Shown piece by piece: positions 16,329-27,029 of a stretch of DNA of 45,699 bases; within the stretch, counting starts at the first letter, position 1; every line of letters starts with the position of its first letter. A program made the translations under genes and the position numbers. Below the pieces are notes generated by a model. It did no database searches. It worked only from the letters and a program-made list of their open reading frames with translations, and had not been told where the DNA came from. This stretch comes from a virus. The DNA is taken from IMG/VR virus record IMGVR_UViG_3300031949_000070, positions 1 to 45,699 of that record; one strand, written 5' to 3'.

Positions 16329-17650
16329 AGATTCAAAATAACGCCATGGACATAAATATTCAGTTCACTGTTAACATTGCTTACCATATACTCAAATATT
16401 AAGTTTGTATCAAGCCAGACAACTGTTTCCCCATCATTATACTGGCCATACTGGACTGCTGATGTTGAACGCCTGACAGTTCCTAAAACTTTACCACTAC
16501 CAGTAGAATTGTTTGATCTGACATAAGCATAATTAAATATCTCATTTGTTGTCGTATAAAAATGCCAGCCAATTACAGCCTGTCTAACTAATGCACCTGA
16601 ACCAGCCCAGGTAGTTAAATCCACATCAGCCCACGTTGCTGAATTGCCAGAACTTAAAGCTATCCCAGCATCAATCGAGGACTCATACCAAAGCCTGTTA
16701 TCCTGTTGTTGGATAAGTAAAAAGTTGGCAGCAGAATTATTGCGAACGAAGCCCACCAGCCGCTTGTAGGTATACCCGGATGGCATTGAGGGAGCGGTAA
16801 ACGAAAGCGACAACAGACCGGCCACAGTATTGGTAGTGGGATTATAAATCACCCACAAAGCATAAGTGGTATTGGACGCTTCAGTCCCCGTATCCAGTCC
16901 ATTTGCAGCACCCAATACGGCGATATTTGCGGTAACATTTACGCTGTGCATCCGCAGGATATGACTATTGAGTTCAACGTCAAGGGCCGTAGCGGTAATA
17001 GTGGCTGTAGCTACTGTATTGGTTATCACCAGGTTACGATATTCAGGAATGCGCCGGAACTGGGTTTCACCCAGGACATTCCAGTTCGCACCATCGCTAT
17101 AAACTATGACATAATCAAGGTATGTTCTGAGATATTTGGAAAGAACCGCATCTATGGTTTCAGTCCCGTTTCCATCAACGGTAACTGCGTTGCTGCTGGT
17201 ATCTGTCTTTTTAACCAGGTAATATTTACCGGCAATCCCTACCGCAGTTGGCAGCGTGACGGTAAACGCCCCCCCAGAGGCATCACAGAGAATAATACCA
17301 TCTGTGGCAGTGGCAACATAGGTTGTGGTTTTGGCAACACTGGCAAGTTTACCGGCGAACAGAGAGGCGATATCTGTATCAGGGTCTATGTACCACTGGG
17401 ACTCCCCAGATATCTGTTTAACGAGATATCGTAATGCCTGAACCTCTTCCCTCAACGATGTAGCCAAAACCTCTACACTGCCAGCATATGGGTCTCTGGT
17501 GGCCTGCATAGCAGCGGCATTGACCGAGGAGTCATCCAAGTTATCCGGGTTTGGCATGTTATTGTATAAATTATCAAATTCTGCGGCAACTTCACTGCCA
17601 ACGGCGGTATCCACATCATCGGCATAAGTATAAAGTCTGGTTAATGGCAT
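16325..17650 (-). CDS. Tail fibre/spike-like protein
   Basis: 441-aa Ser/Thr/Asn/Gly-rich, beta-rich ORF, coupled (TAATG) to neighbours in the tail module. Confidence 0.5.
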   Translation of the reverse strand: MPLTRLYTYADDVDTAVGSEVAAEFDNLYNNMPNPDNLDDSSVNAAAMQATRDPYAGSVEVLATSLREEVQALRYLVKQISGESQWYIDPDTDIASLFAGKLASVAKTTTYVATATDGIILCDASGGAFTVTLPTAVGIAGKYYLVKKTDTSSNAVTVDGNGTETIDAVLSKYLRTYLDYVIVYSDGANWNVLGETQFRRIPEYRNLVITNTVATATITATALDVELNSHILRMHSVNVTANIAVLGAANGLDTGTEASNTTYALWVIYNPTTNTVAGLLSLSFTAPSMPSGYTYKRLVGFVRNNSAANFLLIQQQDNRLWYESSIDAGIALSSGNSATWADVDLTTWAGSGALVRQAVIGWHFYTTTNEIFNYAYVRSNNSTGSGKVLGTVRRSTSAVQYGQYNDGETVVWLDTNLIFEYMVSNVNSELNIYVHGVILNL

Positions 17651-19221
17651 TAGGAATCCCTCTTTTCCAATGAATCAAAATCATACATGAGATTACTTAT
17701 ATAAAATCCCTGATTCAGGGATTCGTTGTATATTTCTGATTGTATCCTAATTCCCTGCCCTTGACAATCAAATGGACGATTTATTATCTCTTTTGTTTGT
17801 CCCCATTTGAATTGATTCCATTTTTTTGTATCCCAAATAGTTGAATTTCCTATAAATAACATGCTTTGAGAGGAGATTAAACTCCCATCTATCTTTGATT
17901 TTATCGTAATGGTTTTATTGCCGACAGCCCGGCCAATTATCCAACCCCGTTGCCATTGTTTTGTTGTGCGGGGACTATCGGCAACCAACTGGGGAACAGT
18001 GAACCCGGCATAATAAGTATTTCCATTATCGTTTTTTGTCTCTTTTTCCAATTCCCAAACAAATCCCGCATTGTCTCCGGTATAAACCTTTGGGCCTGTT
18101 GAAGACATAATTACTGCCGCAGAACATGCCCTGAATCCAGACGCATAAGCAGTATTATCATCCAACATCCATGCTTCGTTTGGTGGTCTATCTACATAAT
18201 ATTTCAGGCAGGTATCAATAATGTTCCTGGATTTTATTTTAACAAACAGTCGAATCATTCTTAAATTCGGGTCATATAACATGTGAAATTTCTGGATATC
18301 ATTCACCAGGTCAAGATTTTTCCTAATCCATATATCCAGGAATGCAGGCCGGGCTAAAGAAGCCCTGGCATAATCGCTGGATTCCTGGACAGCCACAATA
18401 CTTCCTATTTCCCCAAACTCATCCATGATGACAATATCATTGGATGTTTCGACAATCAACCGTTGATGAGCGGCCCCACCTTTCCAGGGAGTTTCCTTGA
18501 ATCCCCAAACAGTATTATCCAAGCTACTATCATCAAAAAAATATGACCGTTTGCGGCCAAAAACAACCACAGATTCCCCTAACTTTGCAGCCCCAACAAG
18601 CCCATGCCCATCTCCGGTTTCCACCGAATATGTTTTTACGCAAGCATCTGAAAAGTTTGGGGTAACCCCAATTTCTATTTTACTCGACACGTATACTGTG
18701 TTTGGGTTATTAGGACACCCACCGACAATCATCCTCCGATCATTTCCCCTTGCTTGAATAATCCCCCACTTTGGCTGATTTGTTCCTGCCCAGTCAATAG
18801 GAATTAATGTAAGCATGGTTAATGCTACGTCAGACCCGTTCCATGACTGGGGAACGTCTGCCCCGGTAAAAATATAGATGACATCATCCAAGACCAAAAA
18901 ATGTGGATATAAATTGGGGGTCAATGTTCCCAATGTGGTGGTATAATCTTTCCAAACCTTACCGTCCGATGAATACATAACCAGAAACTGGTTCCCATTT
19001 TTCATCTGGAAATCTTTCATCCCCTGAATTTCTGGCGCATTAGTTAAGGCAACTGCATTTACATGGCCGGTTCCTCCCCTGGATTCCCGTACTCCATTAT
19101 GCAAAGACAGATTCTTTGTTCCGGTAACCATATCAAACGGCTGCAACAAGTCCTGGTTATCAGTAAATACAAGTCCTCCCCGATCAAGGGGAATTATTAA
19201 AGTATCACCATCATATCCCAT
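17650..19221 (-). CDS. Tail-module protein
   Basis: 523-aa ORF. Function inferred from position only. Confidence 0.5.
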   Translation of the reverse strand: MGYDGDTLIIPLDRGGLVFTDNQDLLQPFDMVTGTKNLSLHNGVRESRGGTGHVNAVALTNAPEIQGMKDFQMKNGNQFLVMYSSDGKVWKDYTTTLGTLTPNLYPHFLVLDDVIYIFTGADVPQSWNGSDVALTMLTLIPIDWAGTNQPKWGIIQARGNDRRMIVGGCPNNPNTVYVSSKIEIGVTPNFSDACVKTYSVETGDGHGLVGAAKLGESVVVFGRKRSYFFDDSSLDNTVWGFKETPWKGGAAHQRLIVETSNDIVIMDEFGEIGSIVAVQESSDYARASLARPAFLDIWIRKNLDLVNDIQKFHMLYDPNLRMIRLFVKIKSRNIIDTCLKYYVDRPPNEAWMLDDNTAYASGFRACSAAVIMSSTGPKVYTGDNAGFVWELEKETKNDNGNTYYAGFTVPQLVADSPRTTKQWQRGWIIGRAVGNKTITIKSKIDGSLISSQSMLFIGNSTIWDTKKWNQFKWGQTKEIINRPFDCQGQGIRIQSEIYNESLNQGFYISNLMYDFDSLEKRDS

Positions 19222-19222
19222 T

Positions 19223-19387
19223 TCAACTCCCGCTCAAAATACCCAACACCAGGCCGCCGATACTGGGAGTCCAGCTATATTGACCGCTACGGATACTCCC
19301 CTCGTCGGTCTGGACTGAATCCAAGTTCCGCACAACATAATCATCGAATGCCAAAGTATCTCGATTACTAACCTCAAAAACGTACAT
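19223..19387 (-). CDS. Small protein (54 aa) with a hydrophobic C-terminus
   Basis: Not in the ORF track. Its ATG overlaps the end of the 1227-aa gene and its stop overlaps the next ATG region (TGAAATG). Sequence is MYVFEVSNRDTLAFDDYVVRNLDSVQTDEGSIRSGQYSWTPSIGGLVLGILSGS. Confidence 0.45.
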   Translation of the reverse strand: MYVFEVSNRDTLAFDDYVVRNLDSVQTDEGSIRSGQYSWTPSIGGLVLGILSGS

Positions 19388-22300
19388 TGAACGGAACCTC
19401 CACTGCCTTACCCGGATTTACGATAATCTTTGCAGTCTCCGGGTTATAGGTAATCCTGGGGGCATACCCTTTTATCTTATCCCAAATATCCTGCCAGTAT
19501 TCATCCCGAATCATCATCGGCGGATAACCGGCATATGTTGTAAACCATCCACCAGATAATACTATTTTCAATAATTGCACAATCTCACAATGGTCTGGTG
19601 GAGCCTCAAAGGGAAACAACCCAATACCAATAAACATCCGTTCTTTATAATTAGCATACTTTTCAAGAAAATCAAGAATTGTTTGAATGCCAAAGGGGGA
19701 ATACCGATGATATAACCAGACGTAAAACATATCCACAACCCCACTAGCAAGAAGTTCCTCATAATTTGTGCCATACCGGTCTAAATTATAATCCAAAGTA
19801 TTTACGTGCCAACTGCCAAATTCATCCTTATATCGTTGCTCATATCCAGTCCAAATCGGGTTATTGGTATTGGTTATGGCGAATATATTCTGCACCAGAA
19901 CGTTTACTCCTATTAATTTATTATATCCATGAACTATTACGGATATTTCAGTTAAGAATTTTTTTACCTGCCACCGTTTCCACTGACAAACCAAAGTATT
20001 ATCAGGGTCAGCATAATTATTGGAATGAAATCTAGGCCAATCATATTGAGTGCCATGCCCATTCGCTACACACCAGTTATTGAATAAAATAAAATCATTG
20101 GCCGAAAATGACAGCCGGTAATGAATCAACTCGCTTATAATTATACCCTCAGTATCGTAATTCTGGCATAAATAATTTGCCCGGCGCACAATTTCATCAT
20201 AAATAGTGTTTTCAGATAATCCCCAATCCGACCCAGAGGTCACTATAGACCAGAATGCAGGGAGTATCAAGGAGTAATGATACTGGAAGGTATAAGTTTT
20301 ATTATTAGATATTATCGGGGCATAGTAACTATCCTGGAAATCCTCCCAGGCATGAGTTTTGGCAAGATACAAGCCGCCTGGCTCCTGGTAATACCAAACC
20401 CGCTGATATTTTTCCTCACCCTGATAATCAATGGCTGCCTGATTCCGGTAATACTTCAGGTGTTCATCGCTAAACGTGGTAAGCTCAAAAAAGTACCGGT
20501 GAGACCCGATATCCTTACTGACATCAGATTCAGACTTATTATTTCTGAGCATTTGCCGGGTAAAGTGGAGGTAATCAATACCCAGATCTCTCAATGAAGC
20601 GCTCCAATACCACCAGCGTTCCAAATCCCGGTCATAGAGAAAAGACAGACTTCCGGTTGCCATAATAGCATTATTACAACCGGCAGCATCAAATCGTTTG
20701 CGGCATTCAATCAGATATTCTATCGGATTAGCCGCAATCTGCTCACCACCAAACGCCAAATGTGGAATCAACCCGTAATTTTTTGGTGTTGGACTTAATG
20801 GTTCCTGTCTGGAAAGCACTGTCAAGTCTTCTAACATATCCTGTACTTCCTGGACTTCAGAATAAAGAGAATCCCCAACATTCTGTTTGGTGGGATAATA
20901 TATAAAACTGACCTCCCCTACTGAATTATTTACCGGGGAGAACACCACGATATCATAATTAGATAACAGTGGTGGTGATTCTATAACATCAGGTCTTAAA
21001 CATCGTCTGACCGAATTGGTTTTATTGCTTGATCCCAATATCATCCCAACAATATTATCTGTTCGCACCGAAACCACATAATTCATATAAAGTGTCTTGC
21101 CAATCAAAAACTCATAGACTCCAAGTCCCCAGGTGAATATTCCACCCAAACCAAGGGTATAATATGAAGCCGGATATGTATATTTTTCTTTATACTGAAC
21201 CTGGATACTGTCAGTATCAGACGGCGATTCATTTTCAGTATCAATTGTAAGTATCGAACCAGATACCCTCTTTATTTTATATTCAGTCCCAGTATTCCAG
21301 TTTTTTACCAACATTGGATGGCTGAAGTTGCTTAATCCGCTGACATCAATATCAAGTTCATATCCCCGGTCTACTATCGAACTATAGGGAATATATGCAG
21401 CAATATCCAGAAGTTCATACATCGCAGAAATTGAGGTTGCGTTAGAAAAGGATAGTTTCCGGTTATCAATATTGATTCTCTCAGCTTTGATGGTAGTATT
21501 GTTGGAATATACCAGCCCATGCGCTCCCCGCAAACTAAATTCACGGGAACGGATTCCAGAAGCATTCAACCCGAACCCTGTCCGGTTATCTGAAACCAGT
21601 CCCACATCTTCAGATTGCCACCGCAAACAAGTGAATTGTCCAATAAGCCAATCTATGGTATTGGTTGTGGTAAACTGAATTTTCACGGCTTTAATTTCGT
21701 CTACCCCGGCAGGAATCGGCACACCAATCATGCTATTTTCCCAGAGGTTCGCTTTCTTGGCGATATTCCCACCATAAACGTCTATGTAATCCACGAAGAG
21801 GTTTAACTCTCCGGTATACACCCAGGAATTATCCGGTTTCTGAAATCCTATTTTAAACGCCCCGTCCAGGATTGCCGTATTGTCCAAGGGCAATATTCCC
21901 AGGTACAACCCAACGCCATCAGCAACCTTAATATTGGCTGGCAAGGTTTTGGTAAGCGCCAAACCATTAGGATTGGCACTCTGTACCCGTATACAATTGC
22001 GCAGATTGTGATTCGAGAGATAATTTATCCCCGGAACAACATAGACAACATCAGCACTCCGATAATTTACTGAGGGTTCGTAAATCCTGCAAATCCCCGT
22101 TAATTGATTGAATCGCACATAAAGCCAATTGTTATCATACCCAAGAGGTAAAACCAATACCTGTAAACCATTTTCAGTGATATTAACCCGTTGCAAATCA
22201 GCATCAGTATCTATGTTTCTGGCATTACGAGCCATGGCGAATTCAACCTGCAATTCACCAGAAAGATTCTGCACTTCAAAAGTCAAATAATGTGGCCGGG

Positions 22301-23057
22301 AAGGATAGGCATTAAAAACGCAAAGATAGGTATTTGCCCCAGCGATCAGGTCAATAGTTTTGGCGTCAATTACAGTGGCCGGGTTTTTCCATTCAGAGGA
22401 ATTGAAATCAGGCAACAGGTTTGGGTAAAGGGTACTTTTGGGAACGGTTACGGTCAATCCCCCATCAGTTACCCACTCTGCATTATAGGCAGCAATATTA
22501 ATATAATTAAATCCCAGGAAATCAGTCCCATAATAATAGGTTTGCACATCGAATTTTGAACCAATCACTGAATTGACCGCAACAAAATTCAGCACCTTCA
22601 TGGACTCAACTATATTATCCAGGGCGGGATTTTCATCCAGGGTTATTTTAACCTTCTTGACAATTCCCTTGCCGTCCAGGGTAAAGAAATAGGTAATCTC
22701 CTGCCTGGTTACTATCCGGCCACCATTTAACATGACAGGGTCTATACAAACGGCCTGCACCACATTTATCGGAATATTCCCGAAAGTATCAAACTTTCCG
22801 TATAAATCTCTGGAATTTACAGTAGTTGCTGTAGTATTCCAGGCGAGGTCGGTTACATTATATTCCACTCCCCCAAATAACAGGATGTGATAATCACTGC
22901 CTGCTAGGTTAAGTGAACCGTCAACTCCAAGGTTATTGTTTGCCGTTTTCTGTGCATATCCTTTGGCATAATAGGCCGGTTTCAGGTAAAGGGCATTTAT
23001 CCCGACTCCTGTATCGGTAAAGATTGCCTTTAAATTTGCATTCTCCAAAGTAGGCAT
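19374..23057 (-). CDS. Very large tail/receptor-interaction protein, 1227 aa (possible enzymatic C-terminal part)
   Basis: Long ORF in the tail module. The Trp/Tyr-rich C-terminal half looks like a globular enzyme-type domain. No family assigned. Confidence 0.65.
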   Translation of the reverse strand: MPTLENANLKAIFTDTGVGINALYLKPAYYAKGYAQKTANNNLGVDGSLNLAGSDYHILLFGGVEYNVTDLAWNTTATTVNSRDLYGKFDTFGNIPINVVQAVCIDPVMLNGGRIVTRQEITYFFTLDGKGIVKKVKITLDENPALDNIVESMKVLNFVAVNSVIGSKFDVQTYYYGTDFLGFNYINIAAYNAEWVTDGGLTVTVPKSTLYPNLLPDFNSSEWKNPATVIDAKTIDLIAGANTYLCVFNAYPSRPHYLTFEVQNLSGELQVEFAMARNARNIDTDADLQRVNITENGLQVLVLPLGYDNNWLYVRFNQLTGICRIYEPSVNYRSADVVYVVPGINYLSNHNLRNCIRVQSANPNGLALTKTLPANIKVADGVGLYLGILPLDNTAILDGAFKIGFQKPDNSWVYTGELNLFVDYIDVYGGNIAKKANLWENSMIGVPIPAGVDEIKAVKIQFTTTNTIDWLIGQFTCLRWQSEDVGLVSDNRTGFGLNASGIRSREFSLRGAHGLVYSNNTTIKAERINIDNRKLSFSNATSISAMYELLDIAAYIPYSSIVDRGYELDIDVSGLSNFSHPMLVKNWNTGTEYKIKRVSGSILTIDTENESPSDTDSIQVQYKEKYTYPASYYTLGLGGIFTWGLGVYEFLIGKTLYMNYVVSVRTDNIVGMILGSSNKTNSVRRCLRPDVIESPPLLSNYDIVVFSPVNNSVGEVSFIYYPTKQNVGDSLYSEVQEVQDMLEDLTVLSRQEPLSPTPKNYGLIPHLAFGGEQIAANPIEYLIECRKRFDAAGCNNAIMATGSLSFLYDRDLERWWYWSASLRDLGIDYLHFTRQMLRNNKSESDVSKDIGSHRYFFELTTFSDEHLKYYRNQAAIDYQGEEKYQRVWYYQEPGGLYLAKTHAWEDFQDSYYAPIISNNKTYTFQYHYSLILPAFWSIVTSGSDWGLSENTIYDEIVRRANYLCQNYDTEGIIISELIHYRLSFSANDFILFNNWCVANGHGTQYDWPRFHSNNYADPDNTLVCQWKRWQVKKFLTEISVIVHGYNKLIGVNVLVQNIFAITNTNNPIWTGYEQRYKDEFGSWHVNTLDYNLDRYGTNYEELLASGVVDMFYVWLYHRYSPFGIQTILDFLEKYANYKERMFIGIGLFPFEAPPDHCEIVQLLKIVLSGGWFTTYAGYPPMMIRDEYWQDIWDKIKGYAPRITYNPETAKIIVNPGKAVEVPFNVRF

Positions 23058-23206
23058 TTAATTATCCTGAACTTTTTTCCAGTCACCATCTGCTGCTTGT
23101 ATTCTTACCCAATCAACAACAATATACTCTTCCTTGCCGACAAAATTACCATATCTTCTACCTGGCAGCCCACCTATCCCTGGTTGCGTCTTCTTAGCCA
23201 TAAAGT

Positions 23207-24556
23207 TTAATGGATATTAAAGGTATCGCCTACTGTTGGCGCTTCCGTTGTAGCCGTGTACGTTAGTTTTTTGGTTGTGCCATCGTAGGCCGTAATATCA
23301 GTCGCCTGGTCTTTTAATACGCCGGAAGTCCAGATTATAATCCGGCCAATATAATGGTCATTTGTAGCTTCGGTCAAATCGGTGGTCATTGCAGTTGTGG
23401 ATAACGTTCCCGCAATGGCAGAACCAGTAACAATTACGTTGGCTGATTTTTTTAGCTTAGTGGCTGCGGTTGCATCACCATCTATTTGAATTACATTTCC
23501 TACAACCCAATCGGACAGTTTCTTTCCTATACTACCCACTGTAGACATTCCAGATGTTAGGGCACCCCAAATGTCCGCAACTAGTGTGCCGAAGCTGGTA
23601 AGCGTCCTGGTAGCCACCGCCCACACCGAGGCCGCTGTAATATCATTCAGGGAGTCCAGGGTTTGCTTTGTGCCACTAATACTGTAGCCGGTCTTACTCC
23701 CAGCGGCTACAATCACGCCATCAGTGCCGGTATCCGCCAAGATTGCTGCGGTGTCGGCTTTTACAGCGGCCACATCTGCCGGCAGGTTGGCTGCGTCTAA
23801 CTCGGCAAGCCTGGCTTCAGTGCATACCGAAGCTAAAGCAGCAGCACCAGCAGATAAATTATCAAGATACCCGGCTCGCAGTGCAGTAAGTCTTGTAATT
23901 AACGTATCTATATCAGCAGGAATATTGGCAGCAGCTAATTCATCTAAATAACCAGCCCTGGCCGCAGTTAGTCTAGCCAACAATGTATCAATATCTGCTG
24001 GTATATTGGCAGCAGCAAGTTCTGCAAGCCTAGCCTCAGTGCATACCGAAGCTAAAGCAGCATTATCTGTGCCTCGCATATCTGTATTTGCGGTGGTCGT
24101 ATCCACCAGCTTTACCCCCTCTACTTTATTTGTAGCAGGGTCGTATCCGGCATCGGCAAAATCTTTCCAATCAGTGCCAGATTGAGTATCTCCGCCAATC
24201 TGTAATATATCCGCCTGAAGGTAATCTGAGCCGGACACCAGCGAATCATAGACGTTGGCGGGGACTACCATAAACTCCTGCCATACCGGCAATGCCCCGC
24301 TTTTGCTCACCGCCACTTTCAGCCTACCCAGCGTCCCGGTATCGGTAGTATCCAGAGGCACATCGTAATAACCAAGTTCATCATGTGTAGCCCCGGCAGA
24401 ATTATTGGATTGGGCGATATCTCCGCCATTCTTGGAGAGCCGGATGTCGGCCTGGGCGAGAGTTAATCCCGTTTCGGCGGTTTTGCCGTCCGTGTCATCC
24501 ACAAACGGCCCCAGTTTTACAGTGGCCGCCGTGCTTTGTTTTAGAATTTGGCTCAT
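23207..24556 (-). CDS. Tail fibre protein with internal repeats
   Basis: 449 aa. Repeated ASVCTEARLAEL.AAN.PAD and AANIPADIDTL..RLTA.RAGYLD.L segments. Confidence 0.6.
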   Translation of the reverse strand: MSQILKQSTAATVKLGPFVDDTDGKTAETGLTLAQADIRLSKNGGDIAQSNNSAGATHDELGYYDVPLDTTDTGTLGRLKVAVSKSGALPVWQEFMVVPANVYDSLVSGSDYLQADILQIGGDTQSGTDWKDFADAGYDPATNKVEGVKLVDTTTANTDMRGTDNAALASVCTEARLAELAAANIPADIDTLLARLTAARAGYLDELAAANIPADIDTLITRLTALRAGYLDNLSAGAAALASVCTEARLAELDAANLPADVAAVKADTAAILADTGTDGVIVAAGSKTGYSISGTKQTLDSLNDITAASVWAVATRTLTSFGTLVADIWGALTSGMSTVGSIGKKLSDWVVGNVIQIDGDATAATKLKKSANVIVTGSAIAGTLSTTAMTTDLTEATNDHYIGRIIIWTSGVLKDQATDITAYDGTTKKLTYTATTEAPTVGDTFNIH

Positions 24557-24579
24557 GCTGCTCTCCCTGCCGGGGGATG

Positions 24580-25731
24580 CTATCCCCTTAAGCGGCGATA
24601 ATAGTTAAACATAACCGGAACAATAACTCCCGATGGCGTTTCCAAATCCCCCAATACCCAAGTCGGCTGGCTGCTGGCATACTTACGGCGGTAATAGATA
24701 GAATCCAACTCCCCGGCATACGGCAGCCGGTTGTAGACGAACACCTCGTCTACATATCCATCCAGCAGCCGGTTGTTCTCATATCTCCCTACCTGAAAAT
24801 GGCTACTAATCGTGGGTGAAGTAGACGGGATATTGTCGTATGGAAAATCAAGGGTTTGTTCCACGCTGTTTACGTAAACCTTCAATTTATCTGCATTTGT
24901 AGACCCATTCCCGTTATACACCATCACCACTAAATACCATGTATCAAGCGACAAGCTATTTTGCGTTCTCCCCCAGGAGTTGCTTGCCCCATTCCTGACA
25001 ACGGCCATCACTTGACCGTAGGGAGGTGCATAATTCATAGTCAGGTCTACATCATATTGGGTGCTCGAAAATTGCGAAAGTATACCGCCTAAATAAGTAT
25101 AACTAATTAGCTTTACCCAGGCCCCCATGAAAAATGTAGTCGCCCCGGACAGGGCTGGCAAATTAGGGCAATCAACATAGTTGGTAGCATTGAATCGGAG
25201 ATGATTCTGGCTTCCACCGCTAAATTGCTGGTCAACCCCGTCCCATTTCCCGCCGTCTGCGCCCTGCCAGACCGGGGAGTCAACCAGAGTTCCATTATTC
25301 CCATTGCCCGAAGCGTCCGCCGTAGGGTCAGCCCCGTCATCTATGTGCAACAGCAACTTGCACCCGGAATCCGGCACAATTTTGACCATTGTAGAATTGC
25401 TGGTATCCGTACCATCCCCGTACAGACTGACCTCCGAGCCGCCCGAATTCCCCACATACAGGTATATATCATGGTTCTGGCTGGCGGTCAGGACAGGCAC
25501 TTTCACCCAAAAGGTAACCGTCTTGGCGGTGTTGTCATACGCCCGCCGCCAGAAATTGAGCAGGGTAGTACCATCCGAATCCGTAACCCGCATGTATTGG
25601 AAATACGGGTTGACCGGCAGCCCGCTTAAGGTAATTGCAATTTCGTTTACCTGGTGGTTAGCCAGCGTGCCGCCGCTGTTTTCGGTGACGGTTAACGGAT
25701 AGCGATATGAAAATCCTGAAAGCCAGGCCAT
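24580..25731 (-). CDS. DUF2341 + LamG/concanavalin-like lectin-domain protein (receptor binding)
   Basis: N-terminus is W..GFSYRYPLTV...LANHQV. A central ADASGNGNNGTLVDSPVWQ...FSGG...LRF pattern is typical of the LamG jelly-roll fold. Confidence 0.55.
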   Translation of the reverse strand: MAWLSGFSYRYPLTVTENSGGTLANHQVNEIAITLSGLPVNPYFQYMRVTDSDGTTLLNFWRRAYDNTAKTVTFWVKVPVLTASQNHDIYLYVGNSGGSEVSLYGDGTDTSNSTMVKIVPDSGCKLLLHIDDGADPTADASGNGNNGTLVDSPVWQGADGGKWDGVDQQFSGGSQNHLRFNATNYVDCPNLPALSGATTFFMGAWVKLISYTYLGGILSQFSSTQYDVDLTMNYAPPYGQVMAVVRNGASNSWGRTQNSLSLDTWYLVVMVYNGNGSTNADKLKVYVNSVEQTLDFPYDNIPSTSPTISSHFQVGRYENNRLLDGYVDEVFVYNRLPYAGELDSIYYRRKYASSQPTWVLGDLETPSGVIVPVMFNYYRRLRG

Positions 25732-25737
25732 GCTTTT

Positions 25738-26007
25738 TTACTCAATTACTAAGTCTGGTGGCAATAACTCACTTGCCTGGGCTTCTGCCAGGTCAGCGAT
25801 TGCCCTGTTAATTGCAGCTATATCAGGACACTCATCTTTAATATATCTATTCCCTGGTTTTTGTCTGGAAAGCCGACAGGCGATAAGTTTTTCCCGGTAT
25901 ATCTGCAATCCTGTTGATTGTGCAAATCGCACCCCCGCAGGGCCAAGACCAGCTTGACGCTCTGCATTATATTTCTTAACATACTCAATATTTTCAACTA
26001 CAGTCAT
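25738..26007 (-). CDS. Hypothetical head-tail-module protein (89 aa)
   Basis: ATG 26007 has a strong AAGGAG-N6 RBS. The ORF-track start at 26121 is a TTG without an RBS. Confidence 0.5.
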   Translation of the reverse strand: MTVVENIEYVKKYNAERQAGLGPAGVRFAQSTGLQIYREKLIACRLSRQKPGNRYIKDECPDIAAINRAIADLAEAQASELLPPDLVIE

Positions 26008-26129
26008 ATTTTCTCCTTGTTTTGAAAATTTTAGTTGGATTTTATCTTGAGCCTTTCTATTAATTCTTTCTTCTGCATCATCTTTTGAAATTTGTTCATT
26101 TCCCCTGCATCCTCTCAGCAATATATTTA

Positions 26130-27029
26130 TTATACAATTCTTTGCTGCAAATTGGATTGGTCAAACCCATAAGATTCCCTGAAATTTAACAATACAAGAG
26201 ACTGTTTATAGTCACTGATAGCCGATTCAGCCCTTTTATCGTTTGCATCATCAAGTTTTTTAGCCTTGATTCCGGCTACAAATATATTCCTCCACCGGCG
26301 ATACAGGGTTGACATTAAAGTGCTTGCCAAATCCACCCGTTGCAAGTCTGCATAATAAGTCAACTTCACTCCCCAGGGAATTCCAGATGTCCGATATGGT
26401 ACTGGGTCAAAAATAAATTCCCCATTATCTGCGTCTCCAATAATATATACACATAATGGAGTTCCCCGATTTACCGATTTATAGTCCTCATGTTTTGCTT
26501 GATATTTCGAGGGTAGAACAGCATAGGTTTCCACCCGCATATAACTATCAAGGTTCACAGGCGCAACAGCAAAGTCAGGCTTTACCGTAGCAACCTTTGT
26601 GGTTGAATTAAACGCCGTACAATGGCTTAATCCGCCCTTGGCTGTGCCTGCATATACCAGCAACTCATAACCCTGTAATTGTGCCTCTGAGAGGCTCTCA
26701 ATGGCCGCCAAAGTGATACTGTCCAACGCCCCCCCCTGGGCAATCCCAGTATTGTTCCCATCCAGGAGTTCAAACTTCAGGTCATGCGAATAATCTGTAG
26801 GTAGGGCATACTTCGCCTGGCCCTGGGTGGTTATCATCACCGCCATGGTCTGCATAAACCGGAGTTCCTTTGACAACAAGGAAATATCCCACTTTATCTC
26901 TGCCATCCATTCAGTTTGCGCTCTGGACAATAGAGCAGCATTCCCGGTGGTAGTAGGGTCATTTATACCGGCTTTTTTTAAACCTTCAACCGTTATGGAT
27001 TGTAATGTTGGCGCTGTAGGTTCAGCCAT
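26130..27029 (-). CDS. Head-completion/adaptor-type protein
   Basis: 299-aa ORF downstream of the capsid block. Function inferred from position only. Confidence 0.5.
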   Translation of the reverse strand: MAEPTAPTLQSITVEGLKKAGINDPTTTGNAALLSRAQTEWMAEIKWDISLLSKELRFMQTMAVMITTQGQAKYALPTDYSHDLKFELLDGNNTGIAQGGALDSITLAAIESLSEAQLQGYELLVYAGTAKGGLSHCTAFNSTTKVATVKPDFAVAPVNLDSYMRVETYAVLPSKYQAKHEDYKSVNRGTPLCVYIIGDADNGEFIFDPVPYRTSGIPWGVKLTYYADLQRVDLASTLMSTLYRRWRNIFVAGIKAKKLDDANDKRAESAISDYKQSLVLLNFRESYGFDQSNLQQRIV

